64,000 nucleotides of DNA from Meyerozyma guilliermondii (GCA_051546255.1 CP128817.1:1240001-1304000), one strand, 5' to 3'; positions 32,653-43,766 are shown, counted from the stretch's first letter. Numbers and translations are program-made. Notes: a model not told the origin generated them from the letters alone.

Positions 32653-34791
32653 TTACACATTAAAATCTTGTAGACTGGCTTCTTCAAATGCGTCGAGGGC
32701 ATACTTGAGCTCTTTCCATGGTTTAGATGTAGGTTCCCATTTCTTGAATGCAATGATTAATTGTGTTACCAAAACGAGACTGGCATTATTGGGTAACTGT
32801 AGAATCTCATTCAAAAGAGTTCGAATATTCCATGGAATTTGGTACGGGTTGGGAACCTTGGGTAGTTGCGGTGCCAGATATTGCAAATGCTTATGCTGAA
32901 ATAGATCGGTGGTTTCAAGTGCATGCTGAAGAGCTTGTACGTATACTGCTTGGTCTTCGAAGACATGGCCATGTCCTCCGGTAGACAATGAGCCATTGCA
33001 CCTATCACTCAAATCTTGTATGACATTGTAATCAGATCGACCCATATTCTTGGCAATGACTGCTGCTTGAAATAAAAGGATTATGAATGGTGGAATATTG
33101 TCACTCAATCTGGAATGAATGATTCGATAAATATTGGGGTGGGTGTATCCCGTTGCTAGTGACGAAAATAATGGTACAAATTGGTCAGTAAAGGATCCAC
33201 AGAGTGTGACTTTCACGTTTTTCTCGAGTAGACTTGCAAGTGCATTTTTGAGTAGTTGAGTGTGGTCGCTGTTAGGTTTTTGTAAATCAAGTAGCTCCCT
33301 AATAACCTCGTTCTCGACCTGCGAGTACGCGCGCACCACAAGCTTGGTATCAAGACCAGCTACTGGTCCGTGAAATGGACCAGCCATACTTAAAAAGCCA
33401 ATTCTTTTGTTGCGCCATTCCACCCTGTCAAGAAGATGAGCAAGCACCTGAATACCGACGGTGACTCCTTGTGAGTGTGCTACAACGAACAAGAAATCAG
33501 CATCACTAATGAGCTGGTACCAGTTTTCGAGAAGTTTGAGCAGGTGTTCCACTCTATCTGCCACTTTACCTCCACCATCCAATGCAATGGTCTCAATATC
33601 ACACTGTTCGTTTAGTAGCCACTCATGTATAGCCTTTGAAGCCTGCTTGACGAATTTGATAGAATTGCCGGTAGATTGGCCAATAGTGGTTTTGACCATT
33701 TTTGTGGGGAGAAAGTTGTGGACACCTATTACTACTGCCTTTTTGGTCTTTTTCTTTCGTCTGATGATCTTTGCTTCTGTTCGTCTGTAAAGGTGACACT
33801 CACTTGAGTTGGCGTGATAAAGTAAATGCTGACCAAGTAAACGAACTTGAGTTTTAACAGTGATGATGCGATAGTTTTCCTCAATGGATGGAAATATTAT
33901 ATGGGGATATACGAGCTTGTCGTCGTGAAACATGTGTCCGTTGTCCGACCTTATAGAGGAGCTTGAGCTTCGGAGAGTCACGCTTTGTGGCTGCAAGAGC
34001 ATTTCTTGAACTTCGTTTTGAGTTCTGGGACGTTTGCGAGACTTGTAACGAACAGGTTGTGTTTCTGATCTTGTTTCGCTCACAGAGAGGAGCAACTCGT
34101 CGGCTGCTCCGTACTTGAATGCATAATGTGTGGTGTCCTTGGACGTTTCTATGGCTGTTCTTGCTGTTTTTATCAAGTCAGCACCATTTACCGAATAGTT
34201 ATCCGAATCGTCGTTTTCAGGTTCTGCTGCTTTGAACCATGGAAACCAAGTTGTAGATGCTGCTGGAAGGGGTTCTGGCTTATTTTGAGTGGTTTCTGGT
34301 TCTGGTTCGTCTCGTTTATAAAGCAGATCAATTACACTGCCATACAGAAACCATCGAGCCCACGACTCCAGATGACGATCTTCTGCAACGTTTACGTCCT
34401 TGATTGAATCTCTCTGTGAACTTGTCCACCACCATCGAGAGATAGCAGTGGTATCATTGGTATTCGAAGTATTATTCTGTCTCTCAGTTTGAGCATGATG
34501 GCTAGTTCCATTGTATGCTGAAAAACTGTTCGAAATATGCAAATTGGCAGCATTAGAAACTCCATTCTGTGTGGGCTCACTAAGAGAGCCATTACCTGTT
34601 GGTCTCACATCGAATGTATCTTTTTTATTCAAGTTGCCATCATTACTGTTATCAAGGTGATTATCTCGAACACCATTTTGTGTATTAACAGCATCAGATT
34701 CTGCTATTATTGGCAATGGTTGACCTTCCTCTGGAGTATAAGTACGTCGAACAAAGGTCAGCCAATATGAAGCCGGCTTCTCCGTCGCCAT
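32653..34791 (-). CDS. Conserved fungal protein, YML020W-like, with alpha/beta-hydrolase-like C-terminal domain
   Basis: KAVVIGVH, IALDGGGKVADRV, ADFLFVVAHSQG, LSMAG, DQFVPLFSS...HPNIYR, GGH, NPYQIPW. Confidence 0.75.
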   Translation of the reverse strand: MATEKPASYWLTFVRRTYTPEEGQPLPIIAESDAVNTQNGVRDNHLDNSNDGNLNKKDTFDVRPTGNGSLSEPTQNGVSNAANLHISNSFSAYNGTSHHAQTERQNNTSNTNDTTAISRWWWTSSQRDSIKDVNVAEDRHLESWARWFLYGSVIDLLYKRDEPEPETTQNKPEPLPAASTTWFPWFKAAEPENDDSDNYSVNGADLIKTARTAIETSKDTTHYAFKYGAADELLLSVSETRSETQPVRYKSRKRPRTQNEVQEMLLQPQSVTLRSSSSSIRSDNGHMFHDDKLVYPHIIFPSIEENYRIITVKTQVRLLGQHLLYHANSSECHLYRRTEAKIIRRKKKTKKAVVIGVHNFLPTKMVKTTIGQSTGNSIKFVKQASKAIHEWLLNEQCDIETIALDGGGKVADRVEHLLKLLENWYQLISDADFLFVVAHSQGVTVGIQVLAHLLDRVEWRNKRIGFLSMAGPFHGPVAGLDTKLVVRAYSQVENEVIRELLDLQKPNSDHTQLLKNALASLLEKNVKVTLCGSFTDQFVPLFSSLATGYTHPNIYRIIHSRLSDNIPPFIILLFQAAVIAKNMGRSDYNVIQDLSDRCNGSLSTGGHGHVFEDQAVYVQALQHALETTDLFQHKHLQYLAPQLPKVPNPYQIPWNIRTLLNEILQLPNNASLVLVTQLIIAFKKWEPTSKPWKELKYALDAFEEASLQDFNV

Positions 34792-34869
34792 TAGTCACTC
34801 ACAGCTCGTTATCACTGCTTGTTATCGCTGTGGTCGCACAGAAAATTTATCGCGAGCACGATAACCAGC

Positions 34870-35379
34870 ATGACGGAAGACTGGGGTGGGGATATTTTAG
34901 CACGACTAAAGCTACGAGATGACTTGGAAAGCAGGGATTCGAAGTACTTTGAAGCATTTGATCTCCTTAGGCGCAAAAAAGTTATCAAAGGTACCTCTGG
35001 AGACCCCGATGTAGCAGCTGAAAATGAACGTTTAATAGAGAAATTAAACAATCTTGCAATTGAAGTAGAGAAGAAGGATTCTCAAATCAGCAAGCTCAAA
35101 AGACAGCTCAGTGTTGCAGAGAAAACAATAAAAAGTCATCAGAATAAACTCGAGAACTTGGCCTTGGAGGTACAAGAGAAGAACAAGAATATTGAAATTG
35201 TCAATGACGAGGTTTTGATGAACCAGATTCAAACCGCAGTTTTGCAGAAGAAACTTGGCGAACTCACTAAGGAGAACGAGACGTTGGTGAAGAGGTGGAT
35301 GGATAGAGTGAGCAGCGAGGCGCAACAGATGAATGATGCTAATCAGTTTCTCGAAAGTATGCGCAAAACCAGTGGATGA
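34870..35379 (+). CDS. ATG16: Autophagy protein Atg16 (Atg5-binding helix + coiled coil)
   Basis: W...ILARLKLRD N-terminal motif; NDEVL...ENETLVKRWM...EAQQMNDAN. Confidence 0.88.
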   Translation: MTEDWGGDILARLKLRDDLESRDSKYFEAFDLLRRKKVIKGTSGDPDVAAENERLIEKLNNLAIEVEKKDSQISKLKRQLSVAEKTIKSHQNKLENLALEVQEKNKNIEIVNDEVLMNQIQTAVLQKKLGELTKENETLVKRWMDRVSSEAQQMNDANQFLESMRKTSG

Positions 35380-35390
35380 CAATTGTATTT

Positions 35391-36956
35391 TTATACTAGC
35401 TGCGGGCTGGTGTAGACAATGATGTCGCCCCACCGCCGAGGATCCCAGTGGAAATCACTATTAAAAAATCGCTTTTGCTCGACATATCCCAACAGAGTAA
35501 GCAACTCGTGGAGAGGTTCAAAAGCCACTACATGTGACAAGCCAGGCTGCAATTGTTTGATATATGTGGCTGGGTCGTTGTAAAAAATGTCTCCTTCATC
35601 TTTGTAGTTGGCGACAATAGTTGAACCAGACCCTTCAAGTCCAATTGGAGGTTCACAAGTAACAAACCAAGAATCTTCGAGCCGCTTTTGATGCAAATGG
35701 GATTGCCATGGAGTAGAGTGACATGGGGCTAGTACAGCAAATCTGCTTACCGAGGGATCAGAGGAAAGAAGTTGCACCACTTCTAGTACTCCTCGTTCAT
35801 GTCTTTGAGTGAAAAATAATGCGATTGCGACCAGAAGACTCAAGTATATGGAAAATAGTATTGGTTTCCATTTCCACTTCCAAAGCTTGAGCACCACCGG
35901 TGCTCCCATGACCATGAAGATTGGCTGAAGAGGGTATAGAAACCGAAACTCCTTGTGGGAGATGAGCGAAAATGCTGCAATGTTGAGCGCAACCAAACTG
36001 TTTAGTGTTGAGTACCAATTCGCAGCAAAAGAGATCACAACGAGGGGGAACTGGGTTGTTAAGAGAACTGGTAAACTCTGCCCAACATGAAAATGCCACG
36101 GAGCCAGCCCGTAGAATATGGAAAAGTTCCGAAACACATTGAACTCGAGAAAATTATATGTGGGAAAAGTCCAGTGTCCGTAAAATGCATAATCCAAGAG
36201 GGTACTGACACCCACTACGACGCCAAGCTCAAGTAAAATCGTAACCGAGAGCTTAAACAATTGATATGACCATGGTCGTTCCCATAAGAAGCGTGTCCCC
36301 AAAAAGAACCAGATTATACCGTTCGTAGGACGAACAAGACAACTGGCAAACGCAAAAGCACACGAGATGTAGAAGTTGCCATATCTGAAATTGCGTCTGT
36401 GCCATGGCCAATGTGATAGAGCTGCCACTGTGAGGAGCATTTCGAAGCCATTGGAAAATGAGCGAGTTATAAAGAACCAATTGAATGGATTTGTTAATGA
36501 AAGGAGTACGGCCGTCAAAGCCAACGTTTTAGATCCGAAATTTTTTGCAAACTTGTACAAGTAAACTTCTGACACAGTGGCAAGTAGTGCTCCCGTAATT
36601 CTAGGACCGTATGCTACCACTACCTCTTCCAGAACTGGAAGAAAAAGTCCTATTTTGTAGGTGAGAATATAGATCCACACATGTAATGACGACCTTAGAC
36701 CATATTTCCATTCCCAAGTTTCATAGCCGTATCCGAATACGTAGCGGTGTGCCGGTTCAAGCGATTGGTAGTATTCATCTGGTTGGAAGAATGTCTTTAT
36801 TGAAAATGCATTAATTAATCGAAACGCAAATAGTGCCCCAATGGCTAAGTTGCTTGTGGCCAATTGTACCCAAACATTTTGATGATTAGATTCAGCTTTT
36901 TTTTGATGACTGGAATGGTCTGCGGCTGTTTTGTGGTCTTTGCCTCTTCGCCGCAT
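35391..36956 (-). CDS. GPI10: GPI mannosyltransferase 3 (PIG-B)
   Basis: TFFQPDEYYQSLEPAH, TWEW...LRS, TRSFSNGFE, HKEFRFLYPL, PCHSTPWQSHLH. Confidence 0.94.
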   Translation of the reverse strand: MRRRGKDHKTAADHSSHQKKAESNHQNVWVQLATSNLAIGALFAFRLINAFSIKTFFQPDEYYQSLEPAHRYVFGYGYETWEWKYGLRSSLHVWIYILTYKIGLFLPVLEEVVVAYGPRITGALLATVSEVYLYKFAKNFGSKTLALTAVLLSLTNPFNWFFITRSFSNGFEMLLTVAALSHWPWHRRNFRYGNFYISCAFAFASCLVRPTNGIIWFFLGTRFLWERPWSYQLFKLSVTILLELGVVVGVSTLLDYAFYGHWTFPTYNFLEFNVFRNFSIFYGLAPWHFHVGQSLPVLLTTQFPLVVISFAANWYSTLNSLVALNIAAFSLISHKEFRFLYPLQPIFMVMGAPVVLKLWKWKWKPILFSIYLSLLVAIALFFTQRHERGVLEVVQLLSSDPSVSRFAVLAPCHSTPWQSHLHQKRLEDSWFVTCEPPIGLEGSGSTIVANYKDEGDIFYNDPATYIKQLQPGLSHVVAFEPLHELLTLLGYVEQKRFFNSDFHWDPRRWGDIIVYTSPQLV

Positions 36957-37090
36957 TTAGTGGAAAAGGTTGCACAGACTAACTCTCGCTAAGTTTCGCG
37001 AGCCGATACCGTGTTTGCAGGCATTTTAGCGCGCACTCCCCCGCTGGGGTAGCTCCACAAAACCTCGCAACCATATATCTCTTCCTTTTT

Positions 37091-39319
37091 ATGTCGTTTA
37101 AAAACCGACTATCCTCAGCTATAGACTTGCTAGAGAAGTGTATATGGAACACATCGATTTCCAACGAAAAAGATGCCAAGAATTCAGGAACAGAATGCAT
37201 CAAGGTGTTAAACTCAACAAGGATCGAGTCGTTAACTTCAGAACAAAAATGGCAATTGGCAGCTGTGTCAAATTTTATCCTCGAGAAATTCCAAAACAAG
37301 CAATTCAAACTTACTGCCACCGAAAAAATGTTGTGGATATGCTCCAAACTTGTGTATTCACCTACGAAAATGGAGTATTATTTTCCAATCATAACGTTTA
37401 ATGACAAGTTGACGTCTAGCCAATTCTCTCCAATAATACAGGAAGACAACCTTCGTTTACCAGCCAACACACAGGCGACTTTCAATAACCTAGTTTTTGA
37501 AGACTGGTCTACCAATGGCATCCATGACCTATGCCAGGATCTCGTGGATAATTGCTCGTTTGTTTCGGCTATGTTGTCATTGGCGAAGGTTGACGCATCT
37601 TATTTCCTCACCTTGGTACACCCCAATTACAACAACGAATTTTATACCACCAGCCTCTACTTTAATGGCACCATTCGAAGAGTAAATGTCAAAAACTCAT
37701 TCCCTCAAGTTTCAGATCGAGCTAGAAATTTGACGGTGAAATCAATTTCCAACGCAAACCTTCACTGGCCAGCAATAATAGAAAAAGCATACCTCAGAGT
37801 TCTCGGAGGTGACTATGATACAAGCGGCTCAAACTTGGCACTCGATGTGTTCATGCTCAACAAGAATTGGATACCTGAAGTGTTACCTATAAAATACGAC
37901 ACCACACAACTAACAAAGCTTGCTCCGCTATTCCAGTTAAAAAAGGTATTGCTTGGTTTGGGAACTGGAAAGATGAGTGAAGCGCTTTCTAAAAAGTTGG
38001 GCCTCATTTCACAGCACGACTACGTTATCGAAGACATTAAGGATAAAATATCCTTACGCAATACATGGGCATCAGAGACGAGTCTGCGAGAATTTCTCAT
38101 TACTATGGAAGACTTGACATTTTTTTCCTACTTGTACATAAACTGGGATATTTCAAGAATGTTCAGGTACATGTCAAACACCATTCGAGTATTCCGAACG
38201 CCTCAGATAAAGCAGATTCATCACTTACCTCAGTATTCTCTTTGCAACCCCAACAGCGTCTCAGAAGAAATGTGGATTCTATTGGAGTGCCATATTCCAA
38301 GTCCAGAATTTAATGTGACCAGTGAGATCTACGAGACGGATGTTGGAGAGCAGGTAATGATGCCAAATCAGTACAACTGTGCTTTCAAAAACACATCTAA
38401 TAGCCGGGTCACTTTACTCAAGTTTAACATGTTACCAAAAGCCAACTATACAATGGTGCTACATTTCAGTCAAACTGTTAATGTTTCAATGCACTTGTAC
38501 AATAATATCAGTTCTCAGTTTAATTTCAAGAAGGCACAACCAAAATGTCCATTAAGGTTTCTGGAATCGTCTCTGTGGAGCACCCATCAAATTGAGGATG
38601 GAGTAGAGGGTGCCAGAGGTGGAGGAAATTGGTCAATGCCAACCTACATTTATAATCCACAATTTGACCTTGTGGTAGAAACAGACACCCAAGTGGACCT
38701 AGCATTATATTCCGAACACGGCATCTATGTCAACATTGATGTCTTCCATTCAGATAGTTTCGACACAGGCTCATCAATAAGACTATTTGACCCATCAAAA
38801 CTTATTTTTCAGGACAAGTATAGTCATGAGTGTCAAGTCCAAACTCTACTTTTGCTGCTGGGCACGTACAAAGTAGTGATCTCAAATTACCAAAACACCG
38901 CTGGAAACTATTTCTTCCATGTCTTTGCAAATTCAAATATCTCAGTGAAGCAAATCATTCCTCTGTTAGGTATATTTCTTCGCAGACTGGTTCTACAGTG
39001 GAACCAGTCGAACAGAATCAAAGTTTATTTTGATATAGAGGCTTACAACAGCAAAATGACCATTCACCTAAATGCCACCGATAACAACAGCAGCAGCGCA
39101 TACAGGCCTTCTATAAGAGGTTCCATTTTTGATAATAAGACATTGCAGGGAATACTCTTAAATGAAGAATGGTGCGACTTACCTTATGGAAATTTCATCG
39201 ATATTACCCTCAAATCTCCAGGACGCTACGTACTCCTAGTGGAGCGATTTGAGCAAGGTAGTGGTAGTTGCACGATCCAAATGGGATGCAACAACCAGTT
39301 TACCGTAGTCGGATGGTAA
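37091..39319 (+). CDS. RIM13: Calpain-like cysteine protease of the Rim101/Pal pH pathway
   Basis: QDLVDNCSFVSAM (catalytic Cys), WPAIIEKAYL, HDY and RNTW (His/Asn), GGNW...Y..NPQF (calpain III domain). Confidence 0.9.
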   Translation: MSFKNRLSSAIDLLEKCIWNTSISNEKDAKNSGTECIKVLNSTRIESLTSEQKWQLAAVSNFILEKFQNKQFKLTATEKMLWICSKLVYSPTKMEYYFPIITFNDKLTSSQFSPIIQEDNLRLPANTQATFNNLVFEDWSTNGIHDLCQDLVDNCSFVSAMLSLAKVDASYFLTLVHPNYNNEFYTTSLYFNGTIRRVNVKNSFPQVSDRARNLTVKSISNANLHWPAIIEKAYLRVLGGDYDTSGSNLALDVFMLNKNWIPEVLPIKYDTTQLTKLAPLFQLKKVLLGLGTGKMSEALSKKLGLISQHDYVIEDIKDKISLRNTWASETSLREFLITMEDLTFFSYLYINWDISRMFRYMSNTIRVFRTPQIKQIHHLPQYSLCNPNSVSEEMWILLECHIPSPEFNVTSEIYETDVGEQVMMPNQYNCAFKNTSNSRVTLLKFNMLPKANYTMVLHFSQTVNVSMHLYNNISSQFNFKKAQPKCPLRFLESSLWSTHQIEDGVEGARGGGNWSMPTYIYNPQFDLVVETDTQVDLALYSEHGIYVNIDVFHSDSFDTGSSIRLFDPSKLIFQDKYSHECQVQTLLLLLGTYKVVISNYQNTAGNYFFHVFANSNISVKQIIPLLGIFLRRLVLQWNQSNRIKVYFDIEAYNSKMTIHLNATDNNSSSAYRPSIRGSIFDNKTLQGILLNEEWCDLPYGNFIDITLKSPGRYVLLVERFEQGSGSCTIQMGCNNQFTVVGW

Positions 39320-39486
39320 GTCCCCATAGTAAAATTCGCAGCCACGAGAGACTGTATATAGTACATACCAGGTATGCGGAGCCTCAACACTTGAATATAC
39401 GTGTTACATATTACCTACATTCGACCAAAATTAGTTCCTGTCGCTGAATTGGGATCAAATCGACAGCTTCGTATCACCCAATAAAC

Positions 39487-40500
39487 ATGAGGACAACATT
39501 ATACTATATTTCAGCATTTCTCACGTACCTACTGGTTGTGTTTGCTTCAATTGCCGACAGCGACTTGATAAAGTTGGTTCAATCTCAGGGCTCAAACAAA
39601 GTCATTGAGCTTAACGATGGAAACTATAAAGAGGTGCTTACCGGGCCTCGCGACTATCATGCTGTGGTAATGTTTTCATCGGATTCTTCGCAGTTTAACT
39701 GTGTGTTATGTCGTGAATTCAAGCCAGATTATGAGATCACAGCCAACTCGTGGTATAGAGAACACCCCAAGGGATTATTGAAAGAGCAAGAAGCAAAGTT
39801 GGAAACGCCAAGGAAAAATATTTACTTCTTTTACACTGATTTCATGAACTCCAAAGAATTGTTTCTGCAATTCAAGTTGAACAATATTCCCAAGGTGTTT
39901 TACTTCCCACCAACTGAAAAATCCGGAAATGCGTATTTAAACGAGTTCGACGAGTACCAATTCTACCAGGGCGTACACCGTGAGTTGCTTATGAGTTATT
40001 TGTTCCAAACGACGGGTTTGAAAATCAACCTCTATGTTCCTCCAAACTACTCAAGAATCGCCATAAACGCCGCCATTGTACTTGCCATCTTGTTTGTCGC
40101 CAAACGCTTCCAAAGCACAGTGGGTAAATTCTTATCCTCCAGAGCATTATGGGGAGCAGCCTCGCTAGTCTTGGTGCTTCTCTTGACCACGGGGTACATG
40201 TTCAACCAGATTCGCGGAGTGCCATACTTGCAAGGGGAAGGCAAAGCCATGAAGGATTTCTTCTTGCCCAGCCAGCAGTCACAGCTTGGAATCGAGACTC
40301 AGATAGTTTCGTTCATCTACGGAATGTTGAGTTTGTTTACCATCTTTTTGATCAAGAGGGCACCTGAGATCAAGAACCACAAGGCTAACTTTGTCGCCAC
40401 GTTGATTGCGTGTGTTTTCATCTATAACTTCTATGGGTTGCTCCTCTATGTTTTTGGATTGAAAGGCATGGGCTATCCATATCGCTTTTTCAAGGCATAG
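39487..40500 (+). CDS. OST3: Oligosaccharyltransferase gamma subunit (thioredoxin-like CxxC + 4 TM)
   Basis: Signal peptide, CVLC, GYMFNQIRGVPY, QLGIETQIVS, GYPY at the C-terminus. Confidence 0.88.
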   Translation: MRTTLYYISAFLTYLLVVFASIADSDLIKLVQSQGSNKVIELNDGNYKEVLTGPRDYHAVVMFSSDSSQFNCVLCREFKPDYEITANSWYREHPKGLLKEQEAKLETPRKNIYFFYTDFMNSKELFLQFKLNNIPKVFYFPPTEKSGNAYLNEFDEYQFYQGVHRELLMSYLFQTTGLKINLYVPPNYSRIAINAAIVLAILFVAKRFQSTVGKFLSSRALWGAASLVLVLLLTTGYMFNQIRGVPYLQGEGKAMKDFFLPSQQSQLGIETQIVSFIYGMLSLFTIFLIKRAPEIKNHKANFVATLIACVFIYNFYGLLLYVFGLKGMGYPYRFFKA

Positions 40501-40522
40501 ACATAAAAATACATAGCCATGC

Positions 40523-40849
40523 TCATTCAATTTTCAGTAGTCGGTTGCTCACTGTATCCATCCTAGCCAGTACCTGTTCTAGGCGCTTGCGCAAATTGAC
40601 AATGGACGCAAGCTTCTGCTGTAGCTCAGTGGCAGTTATACCATTATTCAGTGCCGTTTGAAACGCCTTTATTCGCTGTTCAATAACTTTCAATCGAGTC
40701 AAAAGAATGAATTGCGACTGGTGAAGCAGCTCGAAATTATCATGGAGTGAATCGAGCAGATTACTCAAGATTGTGTGTGTAGCAAGCTCAATGGCGTGGT
40801 AGTCGTTTAAATCCTCCAGTGTAGTTTCATTGTCTTGTGTCTTGGACAT
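40523..40849 (-). CDS. SNN1: BLOC-1 subunit, snapin-like coiled-coil protein
   Basis: HAIEL...LLDSL...L.QSQFILLTRLKVIE pattern typical of Snn1; 108 aa. Confidence 0.7.
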   Translation of the reverse strand: MSKTQDNETTLEDLNDYHAIELATHTILSNLLDSLHDNFELLHQSQFILLTRLKVIEQRIKAFQTALNNGITATELQQKLASIVNLRKRLEQVLARMDTVSNRLLKIE

Positions 40850-40961
40850 CACCAACTGGTCCCCCGCAAATGTCGCGTAGTCGTTCCCTCACATGCGAAC
40901 TAAAATTGTATGCGCAGGTCACCTTAAAGTTGAGACAAAGAGAAGTACAGGTATACGAGCG

Positions 40962-43223
40962 ATGGCAGAAGATGATCTAGAAGACAAGATTCTCTATCGA
41001 GAACTCAAATCGTTGAAGCTAGGCGATACCAATAGGTTCAAAGTACACTATACTCCCCAATGTTTATCCAGTTCCATCGATGAAGATGAGGTCAAAATAC
41101 CTTCAAGTTTATGGGTCAAAATACGCAATATAGAGCCATTGGCACTTCGAGCAGCCTATATAGCTGGACCCTATGTGCTTTATGTGGATTGCAGACCCGA
41201 TGCCTACGATATACACAAAAATTGCTTTGTGACAGCTGACCAGCCTGTGTTTGAACCTCAGTTGCTTCCGGGTCAATCTTTCTATGCCCAGCTTAATTGC
41301 CATACGGTTCAAGATGAGTATTGCTGGACCATAGATGTGATGTCCCAGATCATTTTTAGTCACTCAATGTCGGTAGACTACGAAATAACCGTGGGTACTT
41401 CACGAAGTATTCTCCATGATGCCTCGATTCCAGATAAGAAAGTTGCAAATAGCGACAAACAGGGAACGTTCGTTCCTACAACCTATCTCAATGTGACTTT
41501 TCAAGACACCTTGGACTTGTGGAACTTGCCGGTTCCTGACCCAAACAAGGAAATACACCTTGTGATTCTCACCCATGGATTGCATTCCAACATTAGTGGT
41601 GATATGTTTTATCTAAAAGAACAAATCGACAGAGCATCCGAGGGCCAGAATGTGGTTGTGAAGGGATATTTCGGCAATATAGGTAAAACTGAACGAGGCA
41701 TCAAGTACCTTGGAAGTAGGGTGGCAGAGTATATCATTGATCTTGTTGCTAACAATGAGACATTGAAAGGAAAAGTCAAGAAAATATCTTTTATTGGACA
41801 TTCCTTGGGTGGATTGGTTCAGACGTTTGCTATTGCGTATTTGCAAAGCAACTTTCCCTGGTTTTTCTCGCACATTGAACCGATTAACTTTATCACATTA
41901 GCCAGTCCTCTTCTTGGCGTGGTTCATGAAAATCCACTCTACGTCAAGCTAGCATTACTGGCAGGAATCGTTGGTCAAACTGGCCGAGATCTTGGTCTCA
42001 AGTTTGTTGAACAAGACGACAAGCCCCTTCTTTTACTACTCCCTACTGGTCCCACACATCAGGTACTTCGAAAGTTCCACAGACGTACGGTGTACGCAAA
42101 TCTGATCAACGATGCAATTGTGCCTCTTCGAACATCTGCTCTCTTGTATCTTGACTACAAGGGCCTCTCACAAGTCATGAGTTCCAGTAACTTGGACGAC
42201 AAGAAAGAGCAAAACGACCGCACCATCCCCAGCAATGTTTCAGAGTCTGGAACCGGTAATGAAGACTGGGCATTACTGCTGTCAGTTCAGGCTGTTATGT
42301 CATACTTCATGCCACAGAAACAGGCAAGTTCGTCAGCAGTCACAAACTCTGGTCTTAACAGATTCCAGACCTCAGCACTGGAAACTGAGGATCCATTGAA
42401 AGATAACGATATTATTCGCGACCTTCCCAAATCTTCTGTGTTCCAAATCGTTAGTTCGTTGATCCTCCCACCATCACCATCCATAAAGTATATCACAGAT
42501 CCGTCGAGTCGAGAAAACGTGGTGATTCACGATAAAGTGTATTCCGAAGAAGACTTGCCCCCTTTAAAGGAACACAGCAGCACCTCAAAACTGGAGAGTC
42601 TGAGCATCGGTCAAAAATTAAACATACACAAAAGATTACTCGAGACTATAGACTACAAGATCGAGCATTTGGAAGAGGCTATAGCTCGCGAGTACCACAA
42701 GAAAATGACATGGCGCAAGGTTTTGTTGCGTCTTAATATTGACGCCCATAATAATATCATAGTCCGAAGACGATTTTCCAATGCACATGGCTGGCCCGTT
42801 ATTGATCATCTCGTCGAAAACCACTTCTCTGAGGCTTGTTCTGCCAAAGAAGCATCCAAGAAGTCTCATATCGAGTCACCCAATAACGAGGAGGAAGAAG
42901 GCTTGCTGAAGATTTTATCCAGAGATCGTATCGCAGAGCAGAATAAGGAAATAGATGAGGGCATTGAAACAACCGACCATGCTTGGGTAAACTCCAAGGA
43001 AGACAAGTTCTACTTTAAGGTGGGGCCCAGTGGTTTCCTCAACAACCTTAGTGATGTGGTTCTGAATTTGAAAGATCAATGGACAAATTATGGGGTCAAA
43101 ACTGTGACTGAGGAAACCGAGCAGGAACCGGCATTGCAAAACGAACCTGTCGAGCACAAACAAATAGAATCTGCAGAAGGTGACTTGGGGTTGAAGACTT
43201 CAGTAATGGGTGGATTTATGTGA
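40962..43223 (+). CDS. ROG1: DUF676 serine lipase (Rog1/YDL109C family)
   Basis: RAAYIAGPYVLYVD, HLVILTHGLHSN, KISFIGHSLGG, NFITLASPLLG, RTVYAN, AHNNIIVRRRFSNAHGW. Confidence 0.8.
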   Translation: MAEDDLEDKILYRELKSLKLGDTNRFKVHYTPQCLSSSIDEDEVKIPSSLWVKIRNIEPLALRAAYIAGPYVLYVDCRPDAYDIHKNCFVTADQPVFEPQLLPGQSFYAQLNCHTVQDEYCWTIDVMSQIIFSHSMSVDYEITVGTSRSILHDASIPDKKVANSDKQGTFVPTTYLNVTFQDTLDLWNLPVPDPNKEIHLVILTHGLHSNISGDMFYLKEQIDRASEGQNVVVKGYFGNIGKTERGIKYLGSRVAEYIIDLVANNETLKGKVKKISFIGHSLGGLVQTFAIAYLQSNFPWFFSHIEPINFITLASPLLGVVHENPLYVKLALLAGIVGQTGRDLGLKFVEQDDKPLLLLLPTGPTHQVLRKFHRRTVYANLINDAIVPLRTSALLYLDYKGLSQVMSSSNLDDKKEQNDRTIPSNVSESGTGNEDWALLLSVQAVMSYFMPQKQASSSAVTNSGLNRFQTSALETEDPLKDNDIIRDLPKSSVFQIVSSLILPPSPSIKYITDPSSRENVVIHDKVYSEEDLPPLKEHSSTSKLESLSIGQKLNIHKRLLETIDYKIEHLEEAIAREYHKKMTWRKVLLRLNIDAHNNIIVRRRFSNAHGWPVIDHLVENHFSEACSAKEASKKSHIESPNNEEEEGLLKILSRDRIAEQNKEIDEGIETTDHAWVNSKEDKFYFKVGPSGFLNNLSDVVLNLKDQWTNYGVKTVTEETEQEPALQNEPVEHKQIESAEGDLGLKTSVMGGFM

Positions 43224-43319
43224 GGTAAAGGTCTGGTTGCATATAATTGCTACTTTAATGTATATAATGCCAACATCTCATATAAGCCAGTTCTTCTCAT
43301 GTTAGTCAGTTTTTATTCG

Positions 43320-43766
43320 TTACTCTTCAGCTTCTTCCATTTCCTCATCTTCCTCCACGGGAAACAACTCGGCAATCTTGTCTAGTATCCCTTGTGATTG
43401 CTCGTCACTTAGTCTTTGATCACATTCCTCCACTAATGCGTACAAATGAACCATTGTGCGAGGCAATGAGTTGACAATTTGAAGCTTCTCCACCTTGACA
43501 AGGTCGAACTGATTTAAATACTGGAGAAGAGCGGTAAAGTCAGCAGATGACGTTATTGTTGCTTTCTTATCGGCATCGGCGTAAGATAGTATATCCTTTG
43601 TTATAACTTCGAGGTCCAAACCAGCTGCCGTACCTCTTCTTCGATGACCTTTTTTGTCATTTTTGTCGTTCTCAAAAACCCAGTTATTCTTCTCTTTGAT
43701 CTCCTTTAAATGCTGCAACACCTCATAGTTGGAAAGAAACTTATCTCGTTCGTTAATTATTTGCAT
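43320..43766 (-). CDS. RPC17: RNA polymerase III subunit C17 (HRDC)
   Basis: MQIINERDKFLSNYEVLQHL...LVKVEKLQIVNSLP..MVHLYALVEECDQR. Confidence 0.93.
   Translation of the reverse strand: MQIINERDKFLSNYEVLQHLKEIKEKNNWVFENDKNDKKGHRRRGTAAGLDLEVITKDILSYADADKKATITSSADFTALLQYLNQFDLVKVEKLQIVNSLPRTMVHLYALVEECDQRLSDEQSQGILDKIAELFPVEEDEEMEEAEE

Noticed and set aside
1..40500. Functional ER/GPI cluster (SMP3, YOS1, LHS1, GPI10, OST3)
   Set aside because: The genes are scattered among unrelated housekeeping genes over 40 kb, consistent with ordinary gene order.
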